This document shows positions 8,828-17,847 of a stretch of 64,000 nt of DNA, piece by piece (the first letter of the stretch is position 1; the number at the start of each line of letters is the position of its first letter). A program made the position numbers and the translations under genes. The DNA lies in contig JBBISH010000009.1 in the NCBI GenBank assembly GCA_037441385.1, positions 27,191 to 91,190 of the forward strand. Direction: 5' to 3'. The stretch is from Myxococcales bacterium (GTDB taxonomy: Bacteria > Myxococcota_A > UBA9042). The notes beneath the pieces are model-generated. The model searched no databases. It was not told the DNA's origin and saw only the letters and a program-made list of their open reading frames with translations.

Positions 8828-9873
8828 GGGGCCTCGCTGGGCGGCGGCGGTGCCGGCAACGTGATGGTGAATTCCGCCCCGCCTTCAGCGCGGTTGTGCA
8901 CGGTGGCGGTCCCGCCGTGGGCCTGCGCGATGCCGCGGACGATGGCGAGGCCCAAGCCCGTGCCGCCGCCACGCGCGTTGCCGGGCGCGCGGTAGAACTT
9001 GTCAAAGACTTGACTTTCGCTGCCAGCAGGTACGCCGGGGCCGCGGTCGGCCACGCAAAGATCCACGGTGCCGCCGGTGTAGCTCGCGCGCACTTGCAGC
9101 GGACTCGCGGCTGGCGTGTAACGCGCGGCGTTGTCTAGCAAATTGAACAGTGCCTGCTCCAGCAGCACCGGGTCCACGGGCACCAGCGGCAGATCGCGCG
9201 CCAAGTCCACTTGGATGGTGCGGTTGCCCAACAGACGCTGCGCCCGCTCTAACGCCGAACCCACCACTTCTTCTAGCGGCAGCCACTCGCGTTGGATCGC
9301 TAGGCCTCCGGACTCCAACCGCGTCATGTCCAGCAGGTTGCCCACCAATCGGTTGAGGTGGTCGGCCTCGTCGCGAATGGTTTCGAGCAACTCGGCGCGG
9401 GTCGCCGGATCCAACTCGCGGCGCTCTTGCAGCGCAGTGGCCGAGCCGGTAATGACCGCCAACGGCGTCCGCAAGTCATGAGAAACCGAAGACAACAGCA
9501 CGTTGCGCAGCTCTTGGCGCTCGGCCTGCAGGCGGGCAGCGTGGGCATGGCTCGCTTCGGTCCGCACCCGGTCGGTCAGGCCACCCATCACGGCGCCCAC
9601 CACGAACATCGCCGCAAAAGTCAGCACAAAACGCGTGTCGTGCACCGCGAACGTGAAGTACGGCGGCACAAAGAAAAAGTCGAAGGCGGCCACACTCAAA
9701 GCAGACGCGACCAGCGACGGTCCCCGCCCATAGCGCGCGGCGCAAAACACCACGCCCAACATGTAGACCATGACCAGTTCCGAGTCGGCCAGTTGCGCCC
9801 GCAGCAGGCCCGCCAGGGCGGACGCCAGCGTCACAACCCCCAACGCACCCATGTAGTTGCGCGCCGAGGTCAT
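8824..9873 (-). CDS. kdpD: KdpD-like sensor kinase, short form (DUF4118 TM region, HisKA, HATPase)
   Basis: AFDFFFVPPYFTFAV (DUF4118), LLSSVSHDLRTPL, GGTGLGLAI. Start at MTSARN (9873). The N-terminal KdpD, Usp and GAF domains are absent. Confidence 0.85.
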   Translation of the reverse strand: MTSARNYMGALGVVTLASALAGLLRAQLADSELVMVYMLGVVFCAARYGRGPSLVASALSVAAFDFFFVPPYFTFAVHDTRFVLTFAAMFVVGAVMGGLTDRVRTEASHAHAARLQAERQELRNVLLSSVSHDLRTPLAVITGSATALQERRELDPATRAELLETIRDEADHLNRLVGNLLDMTRLESGGLAIQREWLPLEEVVGSALERAQRLLGNRTIQVDLARDLPLVPVDPVLLEQALFNLLDNAARYTPAASPLQVRASYTGGTVDLCVADRGPGVPAGSESQVFDKFYRAPGNARGGGTGLGLAIVRGIAQAHGGTATVHNRAEGGAEFTITLPAPPPPSEAP

Positions 9874-9875
9874 CG

Positions 9876-11207
9876 TCAGATCTTGATGAGGAGGGCCAAA
9901 GTGAAACGGTCCTCGCTTTTGCGCAGGTCGGGTTGCCAGCCGGGGACAACCGCGGCGGGTGTGCCGGTGTTGCCACCGGGCGGGGTCACGCCGCCCGAAC
10001 CGGCGAAATAGGGCACGTTGGCAGCACGGTGGTTGAACTCTGCACGGAACATGGCATTTTCGGTTGGCATCCAGTCTGCGGTCAGCTGCGTGTCCCAGCC
10101 GACAAAGGGAGCCCCGGCCGCGGTCGAGAAATAGGGCGTGCCCGTCGCGGCGGACGCTCCGTTGATCGGCGGCAATAGCACCAAGTACCGCCCAGGGTTG
10201 CGGATGGCACCGCCGCCCACCGTGACGCCAAATTGGTCGCGGGCCAGCCACAAGCGGTTGTAGGCCATGAAACCCAGGAAACTTTGCTCGGTGCAGGTCA
10301 CCCCGCTGCCGTACTCACAGCCCAGATCCACCGTCAGCGAGGCCGCGGCTTTGCTCAGCCAACTTCCCGCCGCGTCGCGGTATTTCCACATGATGGCGCT
10401 GTCGGAGTGCACACGCTTGCGGTCGGGCGTCCCCAGCGTGTCGGCGCCGTAGTAGAGGTTGCTGACGACGCTCACACTCCCGGTGGGCCGCCACAGGATT
10501 TGCCCCCCCACGCCGGGCGCGTCGGCATAGCGGCCGTACGACTGCCAGCCGTTGATCAGCCACAGCTCCGTCTTGAGGCGGTCCGTCCAAAACGCCTGAA
10601 TGCGCGCCCCGTTGAAGTACCACGGCGTATTCGACGACACATAGCTGGGTTGGTAGGTCCAGTTGTCGGCGTTGTAGTAGCTCCACAGGCCAATGAAGCT
10701 CATGAAGATGCCAGCTTGAACGTTGACGCCCTGCAGTGCGTCGAAGTGGTAGCCGCCATAGGCTTCGCTCAAGTAGCGGTAGGCGTCGCCCAGGCGCCAT
10801 TGACCGCGCGCCACGGTCGAGTCGCTGTTCGGCGTCGTTTGCGAGTACAGGCCCAGCTGCGCCATGACCCGCGCGTGCGCCGGGCCCGCGTGGAAGTCGC
10901 CGCCCAGGCCCAGATGCGTAATGTGAAGCTCGCCATGGCGGAAGACCTCGGTCGAGCCGACGATCGTGTCGTCCTTGGGCGCCGCCAGGCTGTAGTGCCA
11001 CGCGGTATCCATACGAAATTCACCGGTAAAATACTCGCTGGTCAGCAGCGACTTGGTGGTGCGCCCGTTGCCCGGAATCCACGTAAAATCGGCAAAGGCA
11101 AACGGCTCGGTGCTGGCCGTCGGCGTCGCCTCGGTCGCAGCAGGGACCTCGCCATAGGCCGGCAACGAAGCCAATGCAGTAAGTAGGGCTAGCCAAAGTA
11201 CCTTCAT
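9876..11207 (-). CDS. Outer-membrane beta-barrel porin (bbp2/OmpL-like type often found near kdp genes)
   Basis: Signal peptide MKVLWLALL..., FAFADFTW, aromatic-rich beta strands, barrel-type C-terminus, GGAGAAGG RBS. Confidence 0.75.
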   Translation of the reverse strand: MKVLWLALLTALASLPAYGEVPAATEATPTASTEPFAFADFTWIPGNGRTTKSLLTSEYFTGEFRMDTAWHYSLAAPKDDTIVGSTEVFRHGELHITHLGLGGDFHAGPAHARVMAQLGLYSQTTPNSDSTVARGQWRLGDAYRYLSEAYGGYHFDALQGVNVQAGIFMSFIGLWSYYNADNWTYQPSYVSSNTPWYFNGARIQAFWTDRLKTELWLINGWQSYGRYADAPGVGGQILWRPTGSVSVVSNLYYGADTLGTPDRKRVHSDSAIMWKYRDAAGSWLSKAAASLTVDLGCEYGSGVTCTEQSFLGFMAYNRLWLARDQFGVTVGGGAIRNPGRYLVLLPPINGASAATGTPYFSTAAGAPFVGWDTQLTADWMPTENAMFRAEFNHRAANVPYFAGSGGVTPPGGNTGTPAAVVPGWQPDLRKSEDRFTLALLIKI

Positions 11208-11341
11208 CCTTCTCCATCCAGGCGCGGCGGTGGGGGCCGCTGCGGCCGCCAGGCCGAGAGCATGGCGGCAGCTCGCACCCAGACAAGATAGACCAATGGC
11301 GGCCCAAGCAACACCACTGCGAGCCCAATACAATGCTTCAT
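11204..11341 (-). CDS. Small KdpF-like membrane peptide (45 aa), missing from the ORF track
   Basis: AGGAGG RBS then MKHCIGLAVVLLGPPLVYLVWVRAAAMLSAWRPQRPPPPRLDGEG*. Its TGA overlaps the porin ATG (ATGA). Confidence 0.55.
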   Translation of the reverse strand: MKHCIGLAVVLLGPPLVYLVWVRAAAMLSAWRPQRPPPPRLDGEG

Positions 11342-11367
11342 CTGCGGCCCCCTCCTGCGAGCCCGCG

Positions 11368-11489
11368 GCGCAGCATGCCTGGCAAGTCGTCAAGAAGGCG
11401 TCAGGATCACAGCTTGCCGCATCAGGGCGGTATCAAGATCGCCAAAGGCGAATTGACGCAATCTTGATGCCCCAAATGCGATGCTGCGC
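11368..11489. promoter_or_regulatory. Divergent promoter pair with three tandem (11-bp period) boxes, putative KdpE sites
   Basis: CGTCAAGA/CGTCAGGA at 11388/11399, CATCAGGG/TATCAAGA at 11420/11431, and an inverted pair at 11451-11469. Each outer pair is followed by N10-(C/G)ATGCTGCGC. Confidence 0.65.
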
Positions 11490-11524
11490 GGCCTAGCGGG
11501 GGCTGACCCCGCACTGGTTCACCG

Positions 11525-13573
11525 ATGTCGCCTTTGCGCCGCTTCCTTTTCGGTTCCCCAAAAGACGTCAAAGACCCTCAAGCCTTTCATAAACTTTCCT
11601 TGGTCGCCTTGCTTGCCTGGATCGGCCTGGGCGCCGACGGCCTGTCGTCGTCATCGTATGGTCCAGACGAGGCTTTTCGCGCTCTCGGCGAGCACACCGG
11701 CCTGGCGGCTCTGCTCGCGGTGGCCGTCGCCGCGACCGTGTTCATCATCGGCTACGGCTACACGCGGATCATCGAGCAATTCCCATCCGGCGGCGGCGGT
11801 TATGTCGTCGCCAGCAAGCTCTTGGGGCCCAAAGTCGGCGTCGTCTCCGGGGCCGCGCTGCTCGTCGACTACGTCTTGACCATCACCATCTCGATCGCCA
11901 GCGGCGCCGACGCGATTTTCAGCTTCTTGCCGCCCGAGTGGGCGAGCGTGAAGATCGCGGTCGTGCTGGTCGGGCTGGCGACCTTGACGGTCATGAACGT
12001 CCGCGGCGTCAAAGAGTCCGTCGTCGCGCTGACGCCGATCTTCTTGATTTTTCTGGTGACCCACGCGGTGCTCCTGGCCATCGCCGTCGGCAGCCACGTG
12101 ACCGACGCGGCCGCAGTGACGGCCGAAGTGGGCGCCAACCTGCACCGCACCACCTCGCAACTCGGCATGGTCGCAACGATCGGTCTCTTCGTCCGCGCCT
12201 ATTCGCTGGGCGGCGGCACGTTTACTGGGCTAGAGGCCGTCTCGAACGGCGTCGCCCTGATGCGCGAACCGCGCGTCCGCACCGCGCGCCGGACCATGAT
12301 GCTCATGATGGTGTCGCTGGCCGTCACCGCCGGCGGGATCATGCTGGCGTATCTGCTGGTTGGGGCCCACCCCGAGCCCGGCAAGACCATGAACGCCGTA
12401 CTGGCCGAGCGCGTCGCCAGCGCCTGGACCTTGGGCAGCTGGAAAGTGGGAGCGGCCTTTGTCGTCGTCACTTTGATCAGCGAAGCGGCCTTGCTGTTCG
12501 TCGGCGCACAGGCCGGCTTTGTCGACGGCCCGCGGGTCATGGCCAACATGGCGACCGACTCGTGGCTGCCGCACCGCTTCGCGGCCTTGTCCAGCCGATT
12601 GTCGATGCGGAACGGGGTGTTGCTGATGGCGGGGGCCGCCACCGCCGCGCTGGCCTACACCGGTGGCGACGTCTCGAAGCTGGTGGTGATGTACTCGATC
12701 AACGTGTTCGTCACCTTCAGTCTGTCGAATTTGGCCATGCTGCGGTTCTGGTTGCGCGATCGGAAGCAACATCCCGACTGGTGGCGCCACGTGCCGGCGC
12801 ACCTGGTGGCCCTGGTCCTGTGCTTGACCATCTTGGGGATCACGGTCTACGAAAAATTCGCCGAAGGCGGCTGGGTCACGCTGTTGGTCACGGCCGCGCT
12901 CGTCGCGCTGTGCCTGGCGATCGCGCGCCACTATCGGGCGATCTCCACGGCGGTGCGGGCTCTCGATCAGCACCAGCCCTCGCCGCACGGCGTGGAGCGG
13001 GCCCAGGGCGAAGACGCCGCGCTGGCGGCCACCGCCTTCGTCGAAGACGCCCAGCACGTGGCCGAGCACCACACGGCCCAAGATCCCGATCCAGCCAAGC
13101 CCGTGGTCATCCTGCTGGTCGGCGGCTACAGCGGCTTGGGCCGGATGGCCTTGCGCATGTTGCTCAAGATGTTCCCAGGGCATTTTGCCGGCGCCGTGTT
13201 CGTCAGCATCGCCGTGGTGGACTCCGAGAGCTTCAAAGGCCCCAGTGAAATCGAGCACCTGGAGCACCGAACCCGCCACCACCTGCTGCAGTACGAGCGG
13301 TTTGCACGCTCGGTGGGCCTGCGCGCCGCCAGCGTGTTTGCCGTAGGAACCGAGGTGCCCGACGAGGTCGAAAAGGTCGCGACACGGCTGATCGCCCGCT
13401 ACCCCAAGGCGCTTTTCGTGGCGGGCCAGATCATCTTCGACGAAGACTCGCTGTGGAATCGCATCCTGCACAACGAGACCGCGTTCCTGGTCCAGCAGCG
13501 CTTGCAGCGTCAGGGCTTGCCGATGGTGGTCTTGCCCGTGGAGCTGGGGGCAAGGCCGGTGGCTGCGCGGTAG
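11525..13573 (+). CDS. APC-superfamily permease, KimA/YdaO-like potassium transporter
   Basis: GADGLSSSSYGPDEAF, PSGGGGY, GGGTFTGLEAVSNG, about 12 TM segments and a C-terminal cytoplasmic domain ending LHNET. Confidence 0.8.
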   Translation: MSPLRRFLFGSPKDVKDPQAFHKLSLVALLAWIGLGADGLSSSSYGPDEAFRALGEHTGLAALLAVAVAATVFIIGYGYTRIIEQFPSGGGGYVVASKLLGPKVGVVSGAALLVDYVLTITISIASGADAIFSFLPPEWASVKIAVVLVGLATLTVMNVRGVKESVVALTPIFLIFLVTHAVLLAIAVGSHVTDAAAVTAEVGANLHRTTSQLGMVATIGLFVRAYSLGGGTFTGLEAVSNGVALMREPRVRTARRTMMLMMVSLAVTAGGIMLAYLLVGAHPEPGKTMNAVLAERVASAWTLGSWKVGAAFVVVTLISEAALLFVGAQAGFVDGPRVMANMATDSWLPHRFAALSSRLSMRNGVLLMAGAATAALAYTGGDVSKLVVMYSINVFVTFSLSNLAMLRFWLRDRKQHPDWWRHVPAHLVALVLCLTILGITVYEKFAEGGWVTLLVTAALVALCLAIARHYRAISTAVRALDQHQPSPHGVERAQGEDAALAATAFVEDAQHVAEHHTAQDPDPAKPVVILLVGGYSGLGRMALRMLLKMFPGHFAGAVFVSIAVVDSESFKGPSEIEHLEHRTRHHLLQYERFARSVGLRAASVFAVGTEVPDEVEKVATRLIARYPKALFVAGQIIFDEDSLWNRILHNETAFLVQQRLQRQGLPMVVLPVELGARPVAAR

Positions 13574-13579
13574 CTTCGG

Positions 13580-13680
13580 TTCCGGCACCGGTTGGGTCCC
13601 CACTTGGCCGAGTGCACTGGACTTGCTCATCCCTTCGGGCACGTGGGGGCCCCTGGGTCCGGCGCCTGAGGGCCCTACCC
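13580..13680. repeat. REP-like long imperfect palindrome between convergent genes
   Basis: GGCACCGG..GGGTCCCCAC..GGCCGA pairs with TCGGGCACGTGGGGGCCC..CCGGCGCC. GTAGGG lies at the end on the minus strand. Confidence 0.4.
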
Positions 13681-13695
13681 AGCCAGCACTTACCC

Positions 13696-13731
13696 AAAAA
13701 ACACAGCAGCCCAGGGTCTCCCCCGGGCTGC
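13696..13731 (-). terminator. Rho-independent terminator of the 13779-15425 gene
   Basis: GCAGCCCGGGG/CCCTGGGCTGC hairpin followed by TGTGTTTTTT on the minus strand. Confidence 0.6.
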
Positions 13732-13778
13732 CGCGTCCAACTGGCGTGGAGTAGAAGCTACTTGACCAGGACCTGCGC

Positions 13779-15425
13779 CTACTTGACCACGATGGGCGTG
13801 GTGGTGGGCTTGTACTTGTTGTCCAGTTCGCCGTCGACCACGCGCAGCGCGTCCATGCCCCAGTCGTAGCCGTAGTCCGACGGCGAGAACTCAGCGGCCT
13901 TCAGCAACTGGCTGTAGCTGGGCTGCGAGCCCGAGACCAGCGCGCCGACGAAGCGGCCCATCGCCGCGCCCGAGCCCGACACCCACGACTCCAGGCCGTT
14001 GGTGACCAGCTCCAGGTTGGCCGAGCCGCCGCTCTTGAGCGCCCAGTAATCCTTCTCGTAGTAGTTGTACGAGACGCAGCTGTTGATGAACATGATCTGG
14101 TAGCTGCTGGGGAAGTCCGAGGCCGAGAAGTTCTTGGGGTCCAGCGGGCCGTAGCCGATGTAGCTGTGGCCGTTGTACACGAACACGTCGCTGTTCTTGA
14201 TGGCCTTCTTGTGCGGGGTCGAGTCGCCCTCGGCGCCAAAGTAGCTGTTCAGCTCTACGGTGACGGTCGTTTCGGCCTTGCTGCCGATCTTGACCTTGAC
14301 GGGCACCTGGAAGGTGATCCAGTTCTTGATCAGCTTGTTGCCCACTGCCACGCGCAGCTGCTTCTTCTGGTCGTAGGTGGTGATGCCGGCCGGCCAGTTG
14401 CTGGAGTCCAGCTCCCAGCTCATGATCTGGTCAAAGGTCACGCCCTTGACGGTGGTCGAGCCCACGGTGAAGGTAGTCAGGTCCTGGCCACTGCTATTGG
14501 CGGTGACCTTGAAGCCCGCGCGCGCCTTGAAGATCGCCCGCAGCCCCTCGAACCACATGCGGTAGCCGTCGTCGTCGATCGGGTCGTGCGACTCGCCCGC
14601 GGCCCAGTCGGCCATCATGCCGCTGACCATGCCGATGACCACCTTGTTCTTGGCGACGCCGCCGGTCCACAGCCGGTCGTATTCGGGCCAACTGGTGCCT
14701 TTGTTGGTCTTGTTGCCGGTCAGCTTCATGGTGGTGGGAATGTACAGGCGGTCCAGCTCGGCCTTGGGCACGTAGACGGTGCCGGCCACGGCGGGCTTGG
14801 GCAGCTTGGCCTTTTCGGCGTCGATGGCCTTCTGCTCGTTGGTCATCGCGGTCTTGCACTTGCTCAGCGCCGGGTTGAACACGTACCACAGCGCGCCATT
14901 CATGAACTCCTGCGCGTGCTTGTCGCCCGTGGTGCACTCGTCAAAGACCCGCTTGCTCTGCGAGGTGTAGTTGGTGCCCAGCACCGCCAGCGGCAGCGCC
15001 GACTTGGTCGACATCGCCTTGGGCACCACCGCCGTATCGGTAAAGGTGTACTCCACGCGCAGCATCGCGGTGCCCTTGTCGGCCGTGTTCTTGGTGTCAA
15101 AGACGGTGACGGGCGCCTTCTTCCAGGTCTTGATGTCGATGTCCTTCAGCTCGCGCGAGTTCACGCCCACGTTGGCTTCGCGCAAGGCGCCAAAGGCCGA
15201 CTGAGTCTGCGACTTCATGGCGTACAGGATGCTGGAGTCGCTGGCCGAGGCCGACACATACACCGCACCGTTGAAGGTGAGCGTGCGGGCGAGCGCGGTG
15301 TTCGACGTCAGGTCGTCTTCGCTCGCTGCGGGGGTAGCAGTGTCCGTGGCGCAGCCGGCAAGGGCGGCGCTGGCGACGACCGCAAACGCGGACGCAAGGC
15401 GAACAAGGGTGGCGCGGTGGTTCAT
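13779..15425 (-). CDS. Lipoprotein with a putative clan CD (caspase/gingipain-like) peptidase motif
   Basis: Lipobox ALAGC and strong host-like codon bias. VFVYNGHS and IMFINSC form a His-Cys pattern about 30 aa apart. Confidence 0.7.
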   Translation of the reverse strand: MNHRATLVRLASAFAVVASAALAGCATDTATPAASEDDLTSNTALARTLTFNGAVYVSASASDSSILYAMKSQTQSAFGALREANVGVNSRELKDIDIKTWKKAPVTVFDTKNTADKGTAMLRVEYTFTDTAVVPKAMSTKSALPLAVLGTNYTSQSKRVFDECTTGDKHAQEFMNGALWYVFNPALSKCKTAMTNEQKAIDAEKAKLPKPAVAGTVYVPKAELDRLYIPTTMKLTGNKTNKGTSWPEYDRLWTGGVAKNKVVIGMVSGMMADWAAGESHDPIDDDGYRMWFEGLRAIFKARAGFKVTANSSGQDLTTFTVGSTTVKGVTFDQIMSWELDSSNWPAGITTYDQKKQLRVAVGNKLIKNWITFQVPVKVKIGSKAETTVTVELNSYFGAEGDSTPHKKAIKNSDVFVYNGHSYIGYGPLDPKNFSASDFPSSYQIMFINSCVSYNYYEKDYWALKSGGSANLELVTNGLESWVSGSGAAMGRFVGALVSGSQPSYSQLLKAAEFSPSDYGYDWGMDALRVVDGELDNKYKPTTTPIVVK

Positions 15426-15532
15426 GACCAAACCTGGATGCGGCATGGGGCCGCGTAGGGTAGTGCAGGGGACGGCCGCGAGTTCCACAACGGCGTCGCG
15501 GCGTCGACCTGGGCGGGGGCTCAGGCCGCAAG

Positions 15533-15561
15533 AGTTTAGTGGTTTTTTCAAGGCCGGGCAA
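15533..15561 (-). promoter_or_regulatory. Putative sigma70 promoter for the lipoprotein gene
   Basis: TTGCCC-N17-TAAACT on the minus strand, about 110 nt upstream of the start. Confidence 0.45.
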
Positions 15562-15688
15562 GACCTTATCGCACAACCCACCTCGTCGCATCGCTCTACT
15601 TACCAAGGAGGGCGCGGCCGACTTGCGTCCGGGCTTCTGCTTTTCTACCCTGCAGAGGTCGGCCCGCTGAGCCGTCTGTGCGGTAGCG

Positions 15689-16621
15689 ATGATCCAGGTT
15701 CCCTGCCCACAAGCACGACGCCTGGCCGGGACCGGGCCCCGGTGCCGAAGCCCGAACCAAATCCTGAGCTTGGCCGTACTCGCCGCAACCCTGCTTGCTG
15801 CGCCGGCCTGGGCCTTTTGCCGCTCGACCACCTGCGCCGGCAGCGCCTGCAAGACCGACGATGCGGGCTGCCCCGCCAGCGGCGCCAAGCTGGCCTGGTC
15901 CGGAAGTTGTGTGGGTTTTTCGATCGAGGCCAACGGCTCGCGCATGATCCCATCCGACAAGCTCTATGCCGCGGTGCGCAAGTCATTCAAGACGTGGAGC
16001 CAGGTCGACTGCGGCGGCGGCAAGTTCGCCAGCATCACCTTTGCCGAGCAGACGCCGAATTTCTGCGACTCAGCCGGCTACAACACCGCCGGGCCCAACG
16101 TCAACGCCGTGATCTTCCAAGACGACAACTGGAAGTTCAAAGCCGACAACAACGTCGCCAAGACCTCGGCCCATTACGACCCCACGACCGGCGAGATCAT
16201 GGACGCCGATCTGGAGCTCAATACGGCCGTCAATCTGTTCACGACGGACGACAACCTGGCCGTGAGCAGCACCAAGTACCTGGATCTGCAAACGGTGGTG
16301 ACCCACGAGATCGGCCACATGCTGGGCATTGCCCACTCGGACCGGGTCGATTCGATCATGTACCCGTACTACATGCAGGGCACGCTGGCGGGGCGCAAGC
16401 TCACCGAAGACGATGTGGCGGCGGTCTGCGCCATCTACCCACCCAACCGCAACGCCGTTTGCGATCCCACGCCGCACGGAGGGCTGGACATTTGCCGGGC
16501 GAACGCGGCACCCTCAGAGGGTTGTAGCGCGGCCGCCGGGGCACCTAGCACCGCTTGGCCGTGGCTGGCAGTCGCCTTGGGTGGCGCCGCAGTCGTGGCT
16601 GCGCGGCGGAGACGGACGTGA
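15689..16621 (+). CDS. Matrixin (M10-like) zinc metalloprotease with a MYXO-CTERM-like tail
   Basis: HEIGHMLGIAH, Met-turn SIMYP, C-terminal GCSAA...hydrophobic helix...RRRR. Confidence 0.85.
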   Translation: MIQVPCPQARRLAGTGPRCRSPNQILSLAVLAATLLAAPAWAFCRSTTCAGSACKTDDAGCPASGAKLAWSGSCVGFSIEANGSRMIPSDKLYAAVRKSFKTWSQVDCGGGKFASITFAEQTPNFCDSAGYNTAGPNVNAVIFQDDNWKFKADNNVAKTSAHYDPTTGEIMDADLELNTAVNLFTTDDNLAVSSTKYLDLQTVVTHEIGHMLGIAHSDRVDSIMYPYYMQGTLAGRKLTEDDVAAVCAIYPPNRNAVCDPTPHGGLDICRANAAPSEGCSAAAGAPSTAWPWLAVALGGAAVVAARRRRT

Positions 16622-17847
16622 AGGCCCTGGTTCGATTCACCTTCGGTTTTGCGCTGTTGCTGGGCGGAGCCGCGCTCGCCAGCGGCTGCACCAGCACCAC
16701 CGACGCCAACAAAAAGTGCACCGCCGGCCCAGGCAAGGTGTGCTGCACGCCGGGCGTCAACGTGTTCTGCCGTTGCCCTGGCGGCCTGGAAGAAGGCACG
16801 ATGCAGTGCCTGCCTGGCGGCGAATCCTTTGGGCTGTGCGGCCCTTGCGATGGTTCGACGATCCCGGCGGACACCCGGACGGTCGAGGAAGACGACATTC
16901 AGACCGGCGAAGACAGCGTAAACGACGCCGGCAACCGCCGCACCGACACGAGCGTCGCGCCCGACGTGCCGCAAGAGACCTGCACGGCGTTTTCCGTCAG
17001 CTTGACCGCCGACAAACCTGCCAGCTTGGCCGGCGACACCAGCAAAGCCAAGGCCGTGATGGCCGGCTTTGGCGCCTGTGCCGTCGCCAACCTGAGCAAA
17101 GACATCGTCTACGAAGTCAAGACCAACGAACGCGGCAAAGTCACGGCCACCGTAACCCCCGCGGCCGGTTTCGACACCATGGTCTACGTGCGCAGCGGTC
17201 CGTGCGGCAAGGGCGACCAGTTGGTTTGCGCCGATGCGGGCGGCAAGGGCGCCGCCGAGTCCGCCGTTTTCTTTACCGAAGCCAATGACCCGCACTATGT
17301 CGTGGTCGACGGCAAAAGCAGCAGCGGCGGCTATTCGCTCCAGCTCGAGTTGCAGCCCGGCTCGTACTGCGGCGACAACGCGGTCGACCCCGAAGAGGCC
17401 TGCGACGACGGCAACCAGGCCAGCGGCGACGGCTGCAGCGCCACCTGCGGCATCGACGGCAGCCAGGCCGCCGCGCAGAACTGCCCCGGCGTCGCCGTGC
17501 ACATCTGGGAAGACCCAGTGACCCTGACCAACACCACCGACGCCAACCCCAACGTGCAAAAGGCCAGCTGCGGCGGCGGCGGTGGGCGCGACGCCATCTA
17601 CCAAGTCATACCCCACCGCACCGGCACACTGCAAGTCACGGTAAAGAGCGATGTTTTTGACACCGTGCTCTATGCCCGCAGCGACACCTGCAGCCCCGGA
17701 ACCGAGCTTGCCTGCGCCAACAAGATCAAGGGCAACGGCGACGAGTCCATCACCTTGCCCATCCAGACGGGCGTGCCCGTGTGGGTGGTGGTCGACGGCT
17801 ACAAGTACGGCAAGGGCGTGTTCACGCTCGACTTCTCCAAGCCGTGA
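16618..17847 (+). CDS. Lipoprotein with PPC-like beta-sandwich domains and a Myxococcus Cys-rich (DUF4215-like) repeat
   Basis: GTG start overlaps the previous stop. Lipobox LASGC, YCGDNAVDPEEACDDGNQASGDGCSATC, and two FDTxxYxR...VVVDG modules. Confidence 0.75.
   Translation: MKALVRFTFGFALLLGGAALASGCTSTTDANKKCTAGPGKVCCTPGVNVFCRCPGGLEEGTMQCLPGGESFGLCGPCDGSTIPADTRTVEEDDIQTGEDSVNDAGNRRTDTSVAPDVPQETCTAFSVSLTADKPASLAGDTSKAKAVMAGFGACAVANLSKDIVYEVKTNERGKVTATVTPAAGFDTMVYVRSGPCGKGDQLVCADAGGKGAAESAVFFTEANDPHYVVVDGKSSSGGYSLQLELQPGSYCGDNAVDPEEACDDGNQASGDGCSATCGIDGSQAAAQNCPGVAVHIWEDPVTLTNTTDANPNVQKASCGGGGGRDAIYQVIPHRTGTLQVTVKSDVFDTVLYARSDTCSPGTELACANKIKGNGDESITLPIQTGVPVWVVVDGYKYGKGVFTLDFSKP

Noticed and set aside
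9874..10251. N-terminal extension of kdpD in the ORF track
   Set aside because: It overlaps the porin 3' end in another frame and shows no KdpD-like sequence.
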